DNA from: Acidimicrobiia bacterium
Lineage (GTDB): Bacteria > Actinomycetota > Acidimicrobiia > Spongiisociales > UBA5794
Assembly: GCA_030066265.1 (NCBI GenBank)
Contig: JASJCF010000011.1
Coordinates: 883-64,882, forward strand
Direction: 5' to 3'
DNA length: 64,000 bases
The translations under genes and the position numbers were made by a program. The notes below the pieces were generated by a model. That model did not search any database, had not been told where the DNA came from, and saw only the letters and a program-made list of their open reading frames with translations. Positions 46,804-55,623 of this stretch are shown piece by piece (within the stretch, counting starts at the first letter, position 1; the number at the start of each line of letters is the position of its first letter).

Positions 46804-47552
46804 CACCCGACCTCATCGACAGCCCGTCAAACCCGAAGCTCAAGGCATGGCGGTCGCTGCGATCGCGCCGGGAACGGGACCGGACGGGGACCGTGCTCAT
46901 CGAAGGCCGGAGAGAGACCCTGCGCGCTGCCGAGCATCTCGACATCGTGGCCACGATCGTCCGAGACGATGTCGATGTGCCCGGGCTCGAAGCAACGGTG
47001 ACCTTGTCAGGCCGAGCGTTCGCGGCTCTCTCGGCGAGACAGAACCCCGATGGCGTGGCAGGCGTGTTCGTCATCCCTCGTCATGGTCTCGACACCCTGC
47101 CTGCGGCGGCCGATCTGTTCCTGATCGGAGATGGCATCGAGAAGCCGGGCAACATCGGGGCGATGATCCGCACCGCCGATGCGTTCGGGGCCACCTTCGT
47201 CGGTTCCGAGCTCGGCACCGATCTGTTCAACCCGAACGTCGTGAGGGCTGCGCAAGGCTCGCTCTTCGCAGGGACGACCGCAACCGGGACCAGAGCCGAG
47301 GTCATGGCGTGGATCACACCGAGAGCGGAGGTGGTGGTCGCAGCACCCGGTGGCGGGAGCTCTCTGTGGGCCATGGATCTCACCGCACCGACGGCGATCG
47401 TCGTCGGGAGCGAACATGCCGGTGTTTCCGGCGCCTGGCTGGCAGCGGGAACCGTGGCAGTCATCCCGACGGTCGGTCGTGCTGATTCACTGAACGCATC
47501 GGTCGCGGCGGCTGTGTTCCTCGCCGAGGCTGCTCGTCAGCGATCGAACTGA
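46800..47552 (+). CDS. SpoU/TrmH-family RNA 2'-O-methyltransferase
   Basis: SPOUT motifs 'LFLIGDGIEKPGNIGAMIRTADAFGA', 'VVGSEHAGVS', and 'VIPTVGRADSLNASVAAAVFL'. GTG start overlaps the upstream stop (GTGA). Confidence 0.8.
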   Translation: MTPDLIDSPSNPKLKAWRSLRSRRERDRTGTVLIEGRRETLRAAEHLDIVATIVRDDVDVPGLEATVTLSGRAFAALSARQNPDGVAGVFVIPRHGLDTLPAAADLFLIGDGIEKPGNIGAMIRTADAFGATFVGSELGTDLFNPNVVRAAQGSLFAGTTATGTRAEVMAWITPRAEVVVAAPGGGSSLWAMDLTAPTAIVVGSEHAGVSGAWLAAGTVAVIPTVGRADSLNASVAAAVFLAEAARQRSN

Positions 47553-47758
47553 TCCCGGTCGAAGTCGTCTCGGTCGACGCCGTCGTCACGGTCGCACCAT
47601 CGGCAGACCACACGATCGATCGACCGCTCGAACACGTCTTCCTCTTCGACCGTCACCTGTCCGGAGAGATCGGCGTGCTCATATCGCCGACGCCGAACGG
47701 TCTCGTACACGTCGAAGCGGGTCTTGTTCCCGCAATGCGAGCACCGATACGTCGTCAT
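47537..47758 (-). CDS. Small zinc-ribbon protein (CxxC...CxxC), acidic C-terminus
   Basis: 'YRCSHCGNKTRF...VVCRWCDRDD'. ATGA overlap with the upstream DsbA-like gene. Its 3' end overlaps the trmH-like 3' end by 16 nt (convergent). Confidence 0.5.
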   Translation of the reverse strand: MTTYRCSHCGNKTRFDVYETVRRRRYEHADLSGQVTVEEEDVFERSIDRVVCRWCDRDDGVDRDDFDRDQFDR

Positions 47759-48252
47759 GGCTTGTCCAGTCGCCAGATCCCGTCGTCGTCGGCGACCGAC
47801 AGGATCGATGCGGCGCGAGCCGCGACGTCTTCCAAGAGAGCAGCCTCGGTGAGACCGATCCGCACGACGGGACCGTGTCGATACAGCGTCGGCACCCCCC
47901 TCACCCCGAGCTCTGCGGCGAGCGCGCTGAGGTCGGCAACCGAGGCCTCCGGGCTGACGGCAGGCTGCCCGACCCCGGATGCCGACAGGGCGCGCTCGAC
48001 GGTCCCCCGATCACCCGCATCCGCGCCTTCGAGGTGCACGAGGCCCAACATCGCATGCAGAAAGCGTCCTCGATCCTCAGGCGTGTCGAGCGCCTCGAAC
48101 ACGACGACGGCGTGATCGTGACCGCGGCCCGGCAGCGGCCGCCACTCCAGAAGGACGGCATGCCCTTCGGATGCCAGGAGGCGCACGAACCGGTAGAACC
48201 GCCACACGTCCGGGTCGACGAAGTCGAACCAGACCTGACCCGAGAACTCCAT
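47755..48252 (-). CDS. DsbA-like thioredoxin-fold protein of the HCCA-isomerase/GST-kappa type (no CxxC)
   Basis: 'VWFDFVDPDVWRFYRFVRLL' follows the DSBA/HCCA-isomerase N-terminus with the Cys positions replaced. The C-terminus is '...GVRGVPTLY'. The start was chosen at the internal ATG 48252. Confidence 0.6.
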   Translation of the reverse strand: MEFSGQVWFDFVDPDVWRFYRFVRLLASEGHAVLLEWRPLPGRGHDHAVVVFEALDTPEDRGRFLHAMLGLVHLEGADAGDRGTVERALSASGVGQPAVSPEASVADLSALAAELGVRGVPTLYRHGPVVRIGLTEAALLEDVAARAASILSVADDDGIWRLDKP

Positions 48253-48373
48253 GCACGAGACGCTACCGCGGCGGCGGCAGTGCGAGAACCCGTCGGACAT
48301 GCTTGCGCCACGTCGTGCACGGTCCGCATCCGGGGTTCTTGCACCGAACACATGTTCGATTACGCTGCCGACC

Positions 48374-50002
48374 ATGACCGTCCTGGGCCAGCGATCGTTC
48401 GACGAGATGGGAGCCGCGCTGTCCGACGTCCCGTTCTGCGTCCTCGACCTCGAAACGACCGGCGTCGCACCGGACACCTGCGAGATCACCGAGATCGGAG
48501 CGGTCCGGTATGCCGGCGGCGTGGAGGTCGGGCGCTTCCACACCCTCGTGAACCCGAGGGCGCCGATCCCGCCGACGGTCACCGTGATGACCGGGATCAC
48601 CCAGGCGATGGTCATCGATGCGCCGCTGATCGAGGAGGCGCTCCCCTCGTTCCGCGAGTTCCTCGGCGACGCCGTGATCGTGGGGCACAACGTCCGCTTC
48701 GACATCGCCTTCCTCAATGCGGCGTCCCTTCGATTGGGGTACGGGCGCCTGCCGAACCGGTCGACGGACACGCTTCGGCTCGCCAGGCGCCTCGTCCACC
48801 GGGAGGTTCGCAGCCTCAAGCTCTCCAGCCTGGCGCGACACTTCGGATCTCCGGTGACGCCCAATCACCGTGCCCTCGAGGACGCCCTCGCGACGGCACA
48901 TGTGTTCTGGGCGCTCCTCGAACGGGCCGGTTCCATCGGTGTCACCCACCTCGACGACCTCATCTCGCTGCCGACCATCAAGGGATCCCGAGCGATCGGC
49001 AAGCTCGCTCTCACCGAGCATCTCCCGAGGCGCCCCGGCGTCTACGTGTTCCGTGACCGTGCCGGAAGGGCCATCTACGTCGGCAAGGCGACCAATCTGC
49101 GCTCACGAGTCCGGTCGTACTTCGCCGGCGACCATCGCCGACAGGTGGATGCAATGTTGCGGGACCTGCAAGCCATCGACCACATCGAGACGGCATGCGA
49201 AATCGACGCCGCGGTCCGGGAGCTCCGGATGATCACCGAGGAACGTCCGACCTACAACCGGCGATCCAAGCCTCCGAAGTCCCTGCATTGGATCCGAATC
49301 ACGAGAGAGCGATTCCCCCGGCTGAGCCTCGTGCGGTCCGTGTCCGAGGGCCTTGCGCACATCGGGCCCTTCCGAAGTCGCCGGAGCGCCGAGCATGTGA
49401 TGCATGCCCTCTGGGACGCCTCCCCGATCCGACGCTGCACCGCACGCGGCCGAGGGTGCGAGTACGCCCAGCTCGGCGTCTCCGTGTGCCCGTGCGACGG
49501 AGACGTATCCGAGTCCTCGTATCGCTCCATCGTGCGCGATCTGCTCGATGGCATCCAGCACCATCCCGGCCATCTCCTCGTGGGCGTGAATCGGCGGCTT
49601 CGCTCGCTCGTCGATCACCAGCGCTTCGAGGAGGCGGCGCGATGTCGCGATGGATGGTCGTCGTTGGCGACGGCATTGCGCCGTCAACGGCGATGGGAAG
49701 CACTTCAGGAAGCGGGGATGATCGTCGCCAGAGACGACACTGCGTTCGTCCGCATTGCTTCGGGTCGGATGATCCATGCCTGGCCGATCGGAACACCCGA
49801 GCCCCTTGGTACGTCGACGGATCCGTCAACGGATCCGACAACGGATCCGACGCCGTCGACGTTGCCGACCTCGATGCTCGACGCCGACGAGGCTGCGCTG
49901 CTGTGGAGCTGGCTGGTGGACGAAGGCACCCGCCTCGTGTCGGTGAGCGGGACGCTCGCCATGCATCCGAGCCCCGTCCCCGAGATGACCCCGCTCGGCT
50001 AG
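48374..50002 (+). CDS. DEDDh 3'-5' exonuclease (DnaQ-like) fused to a GIY-YIG (UvrC/Cho-like) nuclease domain; Rv2191-like
   Basis: Exo motifs 'FCVLDLETTG', 'IVGHNVRFDIAFL', and 'HRALEDALAT'. GIY-YIG 'RPGVYVFRDRAGRAIYVGKATNLRSRVRSYF'. The C-terminus contains 12-bp tandem (T-D-P) repeats at about 49805-49845. Confidence 0.8.
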   Translation: MTVLGQRSFDEMGAALSDVPFCVLDLETTGVAPDTCEITEIGAVRYAGGVEVGRFHTLVNPRAPIPPTVTVMTGITQAMVIDAPLIEEALPSFREFLGDAVIVGHNVRFDIAFLNAASLRLGYGRLPNRSTDTLRLARRLVHREVRSLKLSSLARHFGSPVTPNHRALEDALATAHVFWALLERAGSIGVTHLDDLISLPTIKGSRAIGKLALTEHLPRRPGVYVFRDRAGRAIYVGKATNLRSRVRSYFAGDHRRQVDAMLRDLQAIDHIETACEIDAAVRELRMITEERPTYNRRSKPPKSLHWIRITRERFPRLSLVRSVSEGLAHIGPFRSRRSAEHVMHALWDASPIRRCTARGRGCEYAQLGVSVCPCDGDVSESSYRSIVRDLLDGIQHHPGHLLVGVNRRLRSLVDHQRFEEAARCRDGWSSLATALRRQRRWEALQEAGMIVARDDTAFVRIASGRMIHAWPIGTPEPLGTSTDPSTDPTTDPTPSTLPTSMLDADEAALLWSWLVDEGTRLVSVSGTLAMHPSPVPEMTPLG

Positions 50003-50322
50003 GCGATCCGAGCGCCGGGGTGGACCGGTGCATCGGGAGAGATCAACACCACTCCGCCATCGGTGAGTGCACCCAGCACGAGCACGTCGGAGCGGAATCC
50101 CCCGACGCGAATCGGGTCGAACCCGCACACGACCACGAGCTGCCGCCCGACGAGGTCCTCGGGCTCGTACCGATCCGTGACCTTCGCCGACGATTGCACG
50201 GTTGATCCTCCCACATCGATCCACAGCGAGAGCGCAGGGTCTCGGGCCCCGGTGTTGGGCTCGCACCTGCGCACGGTGCCCACCCGCAGGTCCAAGCCGG
50301 CAAGGTCGTCGATCGATGGCAT
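49999..50322 (-). CDS. tRNA-binding domain protein (CsaA/Trbp111/MetG C-terminal type, OB fold)
   Basis: 107 aa. 'DLRVGTVRRCEPNTGARDPALSLWIDVGGSTVQSSAKVTD...LVGRQLVVVCGFDP' matches tRNA_bind. Its stop overlaps the exonuclease stop (ctag). Confidence 0.65.
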   Translation of the reverse strand: MPSIDDLAGLDLRVGTVRRCEPNTGARDPALSLWIDVGGSTVQSSAKVTDRYEPEDLVGRQLVVVCGFDPIRVGGFRSDVLVLGALTDGGVVLISPDAPVHPGARIA

Positions 50323-50397
50323 CTCGCAACCGTAGCTCCGAGCCGTCCGGGTCACAGCGCATTGCGCAGGGTCGCAGGGCCTGACAGACTCCGGGGC

Positions 50398-52308
50398 ATG
50401 CGATTCGTCCTTCGCGAGGGAACGGGGCCGCACGCCCGTGCCGATGTCGCCATGCTCACTGCGCTCGGACTTCCGGGCGGAGGCATCGTGAGCGTGGGCG
50501 AGACCCATGTTCGGGTCGTTCCCGGTTCGGTACGGACCCCCAATGTGCTCGAGCTCCCGCCCTCGGCGTTCGGCAACGGTGCCGGGAGGCCAGGGCAGGC
50601 CGTGGATGTCGTTCGGACCGTTCTCCCGGTGGCGACCACCGTCACCATCGAGATCGACGGTGCGGAGGCGACAGCGGTTCCCGCCCAGCTCATCGGTGTG
50701 CCGGTCAGTTCCGGTGACGCCTTTCCGCTCACCGACGGCACTGCGCGGATCGCAAACGTGCACCCTTCCCCCGACGTCGTCCTCTCACCATCGACCGTCG
50801 TATCAGCGCGAGCGCGCGCTGCCGTCGACGAGCGCGTCGAAGGCCCCGGGACAGCGTCGACGTTGGTCGCCGGGCTAGAGAACGAGCGGGATCTCCTCGT
50901 GGGTTGGCTCCGCTTGATCACCGGCCCGCACGGAACCGAGTCGAACGGTGCGGTTGCAGGAGTGATCATCACCGGGCCGACCGGGAGCGGGCGGGCGGAA
51001 CTGCTCGAGGCTGCTGCAGCGGACGCCGATCTCGAGGTGCGCCACATCGATCTGCGCACGGTCACGACACCAGAACGATTGTTGAGCAAGTTCGAACGGG
51101 CCGCAGGCAGCCTCCGGCCGGGCGTCGTCCTCTCCATCGATCGGCTCGACCCGCTGATGGACCGCGAGAGCGGGACGCGCCATCAGGCGGCAGCCGTTAC
51201 CCGCTGGCTCCTCGACACCGTCGCCGACACACCGGGAGTCGCCGTCGTGATCTCGAGCACCCGGCCGTCGATCGGTGACGAGCTCGATGCCAAGGAGCTC
51301 CTCAGGCGCACCCTCACGTTGTCGCCGCCCGACCATCGCCGACGCAAGGCCCTCCTCGAAGCGGCAATCGGCCCTGCCGCCGTCGAGGAGGGCGAGATCG
51401 ACCTCGACACGCTCGCCAACGCAACGCCGGGCTTCTCGGCCCTCGACATCTCGACCGCCATCCTCGAAGCCAGAGCGACGTCCGCGACGTTGACGACCGA
51501 GTCGATCCTGGAGGCCATTCGTTCCACTCCGGCATCGCTGGGAACCATGCAGCTCGGCGACGTGCCGTCGTATGGGTTCGAGCGAGTGGCGAACCTCAAC
51601 GATGTCAAGCGCTCGCTCACCGAGAACGTGATCTGGCAGCTCACCGATCCCGGCCGTTTCGAGCGCATGGGCATCGAACCGGCCAAGGGGCTCCTGCTCC
51701 ATGGCCCACCCGGCACCGGGAAGACATTCGTCGTCCGGGCCCTCGCCCACGAATCCGGCGCGGCGTTCTTCGCCGTCAAGGGTGCCGAGCTCCTCGACAA
51801 ATGGGTCGGTGAGTCAGAGCGGGGCGTCCGCGAGGTGTTCACGCGCGCCCGCGCCGTTGCACCGGCCATCATCTTCTTCGATGAGATCGACGCACTCGCT
51901 CCGGTCAGGGGCTCATCCACCAACAACGTCACGGACTCGGTGGTCGCGGCGCTCCTGACGGAGATGGACGGGGTGTCCGAGCGCGGGGACGTGTTCGTGA
52001 TCGGTGCGACGAACCGGCGGGATCTCATCGACCCTGCGTTGCTGCGACCCGGGCGCCTCGAGGTCCATCTCCTCCTCGACCTTCCCGCCCCCGAGGCGCG
52101 GGAGGCATTCTTCTCGATGACCTCGGTGCCGCTGGCAGACGACGTCGAGCTCGCAGCGCTCGTCGAGGCCACTGAGGGGCGGTCGTTCGCCGAGCTCGAC
52201 GGGCTCCTTCGCCAGGCTGCGATCTCTGCGATGCGATCCGACCCGCACGCCTCGGATGTCTCGTGGGATCACCTCGAAGCGGCTCTCACTCCATCCGAGC
52301 CGTCATGA
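50398..52308 (+). CDS. Cdc48/VCP-like AAA+ ATPase (N-domain, degenerate D1, active D2); Cpa/Msm0858-like
   Basis: D1 'ITGPTGSGRAELLEAAA' lacks the Walker A lysine and is likely inactive. D2 has Walker A 'GPPGTGKTF', Walker B 'IIFFDEIDAL', and SRH 'ATNRRDLIDPALLRPGRLEV'. The N-terminal double-psi-barrel-like region is present. The alternative start is TTG 50362. Confidence 0.8.
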   Translation: MRFVLREGTGPHARADVAMLTALGLPGGGIVSVGETHVRVVPGSVRTPNVLELPPSAFGNGAGRPGQAVDVVRTVLPVATTVTIEIDGAEATAVPAQLIGVPVSSGDAFPLTDGTARIANVHPSPDVVLSPSTVVSARARAAVDERVEGPGTASTLVAGLENERDLLVGWLRLITGPHGTESNGAVAGVIITGPTGSGRAELLEAAAADADLEVRHIDLRTVTTPERLLSKFERAAGSLRPGVVLSIDRLDPLMDRESGTRHQAAAVTRWLLDTVADTPGVAVVISSTRPSIGDELDAKELLRRTLTLSPPDHRRRKALLEAAIGPAAVEEGEIDLDTLANATPGFSALDISTAILEARATSATLTTESILEAIRSTPASLGTMQLGDVPSYGFERVANLNDVKRSLTENVIWQLTDPGRFERMGIEPAKGLLLHGPPGTGKTFVVRALAHESGAAFFAVKGAELLDKWVGESERGVREVFTRARAVAPAIIFFDEIDALAPVRGSSTNNVTDSVVAALLTEMDGVSERGDVFVIGATNRRDLIDPALLRPGRLEVHLLLDLPAPEAREAFFSMTSVPLADDVELAALVEATEGRSFAELDGLLRQAAISAMRSDPHASDVSWDHLEAALTPSEPS

Positions 52309-52330
52309 CCCGGCGTTCATGACCGATCGC

Positions 52331-53074
52331 TCATGACCGTTCGCCCTCGACGGTCGCCCCACCGGCTGCCTCGATCGCCTCAGGGAGGGTGAAGCGACCT
52401 TCGTAGAGCGCACGACCGACGATGACCGAGTCGATGAGATCGGGACGAGCCGCGAGCGCCTCGATGTCCGCAAGGGACCCCACACCGCCCGAAGCGATCA
52501 GGTCGAGGGACGGGGCAATCGCCTTGACGGTCTCCAGGAGGCCGATGTCGGGGCCGCTCATGGTGCCGTCCCGATCGATCCCCGTCACGAGGGCCCGAGT
52601 GATGCCCAGCGCAACGAGCCGGGTGACGGTATCGGAGAGATCGGATCCGCCACGCTGCCATCCATCTCCCCGGGCAAGGCCGTGGGCCACGTCGACGGCG
52701 GCGACGATCCGATCGGCTCCCACCCCATCGGTGATCTCCGCAGCCGTGGTTCCGGGTCTCACCAGGACCGAGCCCAGAACGAGCCGATTCACACCGGCAT
52801 CGACCGCCGCTCGTGCTGCAGCGAGCGAACGGATGCCTCCACCCAGCTGGATCGGTACGCCCGCGCCCAGGACCGCCGTGACGGCGTCCACCTGGGCGGG
52901 GCCACCACGGGCACCCTCGAGATCGACCACGTGCACCACGGTCGCCCCCTCTGATCCCCAACGGCTCACGACGGCTGCCGGGTCGTCCGCGTACCTGGTG
53001 ACCCGGTCATATGCTCCGCGATAGAGCCGAACGGCGGCGCCGTCGAGGATGTCCACGGCCGGGATGATCTGCAT
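52331..53074 (-). CDS. hisA: Phosphoribosyl isomerase HisA (possibly PriA, bifunctional HisA/TrpF, as in other actinobacteria)
   Basis: 'QIIPAVDILDGAAVRL' and 'VVDLEGA' with the C-terminal 'ASGGVGSLADIEAL' are the HisA (beta/alpha)8 half-barrel motifs. It sits outside the his operon and is divergently oriented. Confidence 0.85.
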   Translation of the reverse strand: MQIIPAVDILDGAAVRLYRGAYDRVTRYADDPAAVVSRWGSEGATVVHVVDLEGARGGPAQVDAVTAVLGAGVPIQLGGGIRSLAAARAAVDAGVNRLVLGSVLVRPGTTAAEITDGVGADRIVAAVDVAHGLARGDGWQRGGSDLSDTVTRLVALGITRALVTGIDRDGTMSGPDIGLLETVKAIAPSLDLIASGGVGSLADIEALAARPDLIDSVIVGRALYEGRFTLPEAIEAAGGATVEGERS

Positions 53075-53103
53075 GGTGATTCCGCTCTCCTTGCGCTCGA
53101 GCT

Positions 53104-53137
53104 GTATTAGCGTACTAGCGCGATAGAACGCTAATAC
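53104..53137. promoter_or_regulatory. 10-bp perfect inverted repeat gtattagcgt-N14-acgctaatac in the divergent hisA / trpR-like-hisG promoter region; candidate operator
   Basis: Read directly. Locally AT-richer. Positioned 15 bp upstream of the GTG start of the TrpR/YerC-like gene. Confidence 0.5.
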
Positions 53138-53151
53138 GAACGGCGAGCACC

Positions 53152-53469
53152 GTGACGACGCCCAACATGACGAACGAAGACTGGCGCAACGACGACACCG
53201 CCTCCCTGATGGATGCCATCGTGCGGCTCGAGACGAGGGATGAAGCGGCTCGGTTCTTCCGGGATCTCTGCACGCGCCACGAGCTCGAGGAGATCACGTC
53301 CCGTTGGGCTGTCGCTCGGCGCCTCTCGGAAGGGCATTCCTACCGAGAGACGCACGACCTCACGGGTGTCTCCACGGCGACCATCACCCGTATCGCACAG
53401 TGGCTTCGCCATGGCACGGGTGGGTACCGCGAGGCCCTCGCCAAAGCCGGATATGAGCCGACGGAGTGA
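53152..53469 (+). CDS. TrpR/YerC/YecD-family DNA-binding protein
   Basis: 'RFFRDLCTRHELEEITSRWAVARRLSEGHSYRETHDLTGVSTATITRIAQWL' is the Trp-repressor-like HTH. Its stop is 1 nt before the hisG ATG. Confidence 0.7.
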   Translation: MTTPNMTNEDWRNDDTASLMDAIVRLETRDEAARFFRDLCTRHELEEITSRWAVARRLSEGHSYRETHDLTGVSTATITRIAQWLRHGTGGYREALAKAGYEPTE

Positions 53470-53470
53470 C

Positions 53471-54319
53471 ATGACCATCAAGATCGCCCTTCCCAACAAG
53501 GGTCGCCTCGAGCGTCCCGCAACCGAGCTGTTCAAGCAAGCCGGATTCCGCTTCGAGCGCACGGAGCGCAGCCTCGCCGTGCCGGTCCGAGGCGCTCCGA
53601 TCGAGCTGCTCTACGTCCGCGCCAAGGATGTCGTCGAGCTCGTCGCCGATGGTGCGGCCGATCTCGGCGTCACGGGGCTCGATCTGACCCGAGAAGCGGG
53701 AGCGCCGGTGTCGGTCGCGCTCGAGCTCGGATTCGGTCGGTGCTCGCTCGTCGCCGCAGCACCCGAGGGGAGCTCCATCGAAACCATCGAGGACTTCGCC
53801 GGCAGCCGGATCGCCACCTCGCATCCCCACACGGTCGCCTCGTACTTCGCCGAAAAGGACATCGCCGTGACGCCGGTGCCACTTGCGGGATCCGTCGAGG
53901 TCGCCCCGCGACTCGACGTCGCCGACGCAGTCGTGGACCTCGTCTCGACAGGCTCGACGATGCTCGTGAACGGGCTCACCCCCATCACCGAGATCCTCGA
54001 ATCCCAGGCCATCCTCATCGAGCGCATCGGATCCACGAGAGCGGAGACCGCCCAGACGGTGGTCACCATGCTCAAGGCGGCAATGGCCGCCCGGCATCGC
54101 CGCTACCTCGTGATGAACTGCTCCGAAGCATGTGTCGACTCGATCGCCGAGGTGATCCCCGGCATCGCTGCGCCCACGGTTCTCCCCCTCACCGAGCCGG
54201 GGATGGTCGCCATCCATTCGGTCGTCGACGCCGACGACGTCTGGCATGTGATTCCGAAGCTGAAGGCCATCGGCGCCAGCGGCATCCTCGTCCTCGAGAT
54301 GCAGCAGGTCCTGGCATGA
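53471..54319 (+). CDS. hisG: ATP phosphoribosyltransferase (long form)
   Basis: 'IALPNKGRL', 'DLVSTGSTMLVNGL' and a C-terminal regulatory domain. 282 aa. Confidence 0.9.
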   Translation: MTIKIALPNKGRLERPATELFKQAGFRFERTERSLAVPVRGAPIELLYVRAKDVVELVADGAADLGVTGLDLTREAGAPVSVALELGFGRCSLVAAAPEGSSIETIEDFAGSRIATSHPHTVASYFAEKDIAVTPVPLAGSVEVAPRLDVADAVVDLVSTGSTMLVNGLTPITEILESQAILIERIGSTRAETAQTVVTMLKAAMAARHRRYLVMNCSEACVDSIAEVIPGIAAPTVLPLTEPGMVAIHSVVDADDVWHVIPKLKAIGASGILVLEMQQVLA

Positions 54320-55623
54320 CACGCGACATGCAACGCATCGAGCTCTCTGCGCTCACCCCCGGAGAGCGCCGCAGGCTCACCGTTCGTCACGCCATGCCGG
54401 ATCCCTCCGTCGTCACATCTGCCGCAGCAATCGTCGAGTCCGTCGCGGATTCGGGCGATGCAGCACTCGCATCCCACGCCGAACGCCACGGGGGCGCCCT
54501 CGCCGACGGCACGGTCGCCGTACCGCTCGATGATCTCGGGAAGGCCGCGGCGAACCTCTCTCCACGGCTCGAGGCGGCCCTGCGAAACGCGATCGAGAAC
54601 GTCCGGACCGTGCACGAGCCGCAACGACCTGTCGACGACCGGCGAGAGCCCCAACCCGGCGTGGAAGTTGCTCGCCTCTGGACCCCCCTCCGCTCGGTCG
54701 GCGTCTATGTACCCGGCGGACGGGCGGTCTACCCGTCGTCGCTGATCATGGGCGCCGTTCCGGCATTGGTCGCCGGGGTCCGGCGAATTGTCGTCGCCAC
54801 GCCCGCCGGACCGGAAGGGCAGATCGATGAGGTCGTCCTCGCCACGGCCCACCTCCTCGGCATCACGGAGATGTATGCGATGGGTGGGGCGCAAGCGGTT
54901 GGTGCCCTCGCATATGGAACGGAGTCGATCGAACGTGTCGACAAGATCGTCGGGCCGGGCGGTCCCTGGGTCACAGCGGCGAAACTCGCGGTGTACGGAG
55001 TGTGCGGCATCGATCTTCCCGCCGGGCCGAGCGAGGCCGCCGTGGTCGCCGACGCCCATGCCGATCCGCGCATCGTGGCTGCTGACGTCATGTGCCAAGC
55101 CGAGCATGGCGACGAATCGTCCGTCGCTCTGGTCGTCACCGACCCTGCCCTCGCCGATGCGGTCGTCGATGAGATCGAGCGGATGATCCCGACCCTGTCC
55201 AGGGGTGAGATCATCCGCACCGCCCTCGACGATCACGGCCTCATCGTCGTGGCCGAGGACGTGGGAGACGCGCTGCGGTTCGCCGATGAATGGGCACCGG
55301 AACACCTCAGCATCCACACCCACGATGCCGCAACCGACGCAGCCGCTGTTCCGTCAGCCGGGTCCGTCTTCGTCGGCCATTGGACGCCGGAGGCTGCGGG
55401 CGACTACGCCACCGGGGCGAATCACGTGCTCCCGACCGGAGGCCTTGCGCGCGCCTATGGACCCCTCAGCGTCGAGGACTTCGGGTCCTGGCGACAGGTC
55501 CAGCACCTCGATCGCAGGGGACTCGAGGAGCTCGCTCCGACGATCGAGACCATTGCCCACGCTGAAGGCTTCACCGCGCACGCCCACGCGGTCACTGTCC
55601 GCCTCGAGGCGCCCCCGACGTGA
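54316..55623 (+). CDS. hisD: Histidinol dehydrogenase
   Basis: 'MYAMGGAQAVGALAYGTESI', 'IDLPAGPSE', and 'QAEHG' are the HisD signatures. ATGA overlap with hisG. Confidence 0.9.
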   Translation: MTRDMQRIELSALTPGERRRLTVRHAMPDPSVVTSAAAIVESVADSGDAALASHAERHGGALADGTVAVPLDDLGKAAANLSPRLEAALRNAIENVRTVHEPQRPVDDRREPQPGVEVARLWTPLRSVGVYVPGGRAVYPSSLIMGAVPALVAGVRRIVVATPAGPEGQIDEVVLATAHLLGITEMYAMGGAQAVGALAYGTESIERVDKIVGPGGPWVTAAKLAVYGVCGIDLPAGPSEAAVVADAHADPRIVAADVMCQAEHGDESSVALVVTDPALADAVVDEIERMIPTLSRGEIIRTALDDHGLIVVAEDVGDALRFADEWAPEHLSIHTHDAATDAAAVPSAGSVFVGHWTPEAAGDYATGANHVLPTGGLARAYGPLSVEDFGSWRQVQHLDRRGLEELAPTIETIAHAEGFTAHAHAVTVRLEAPPT

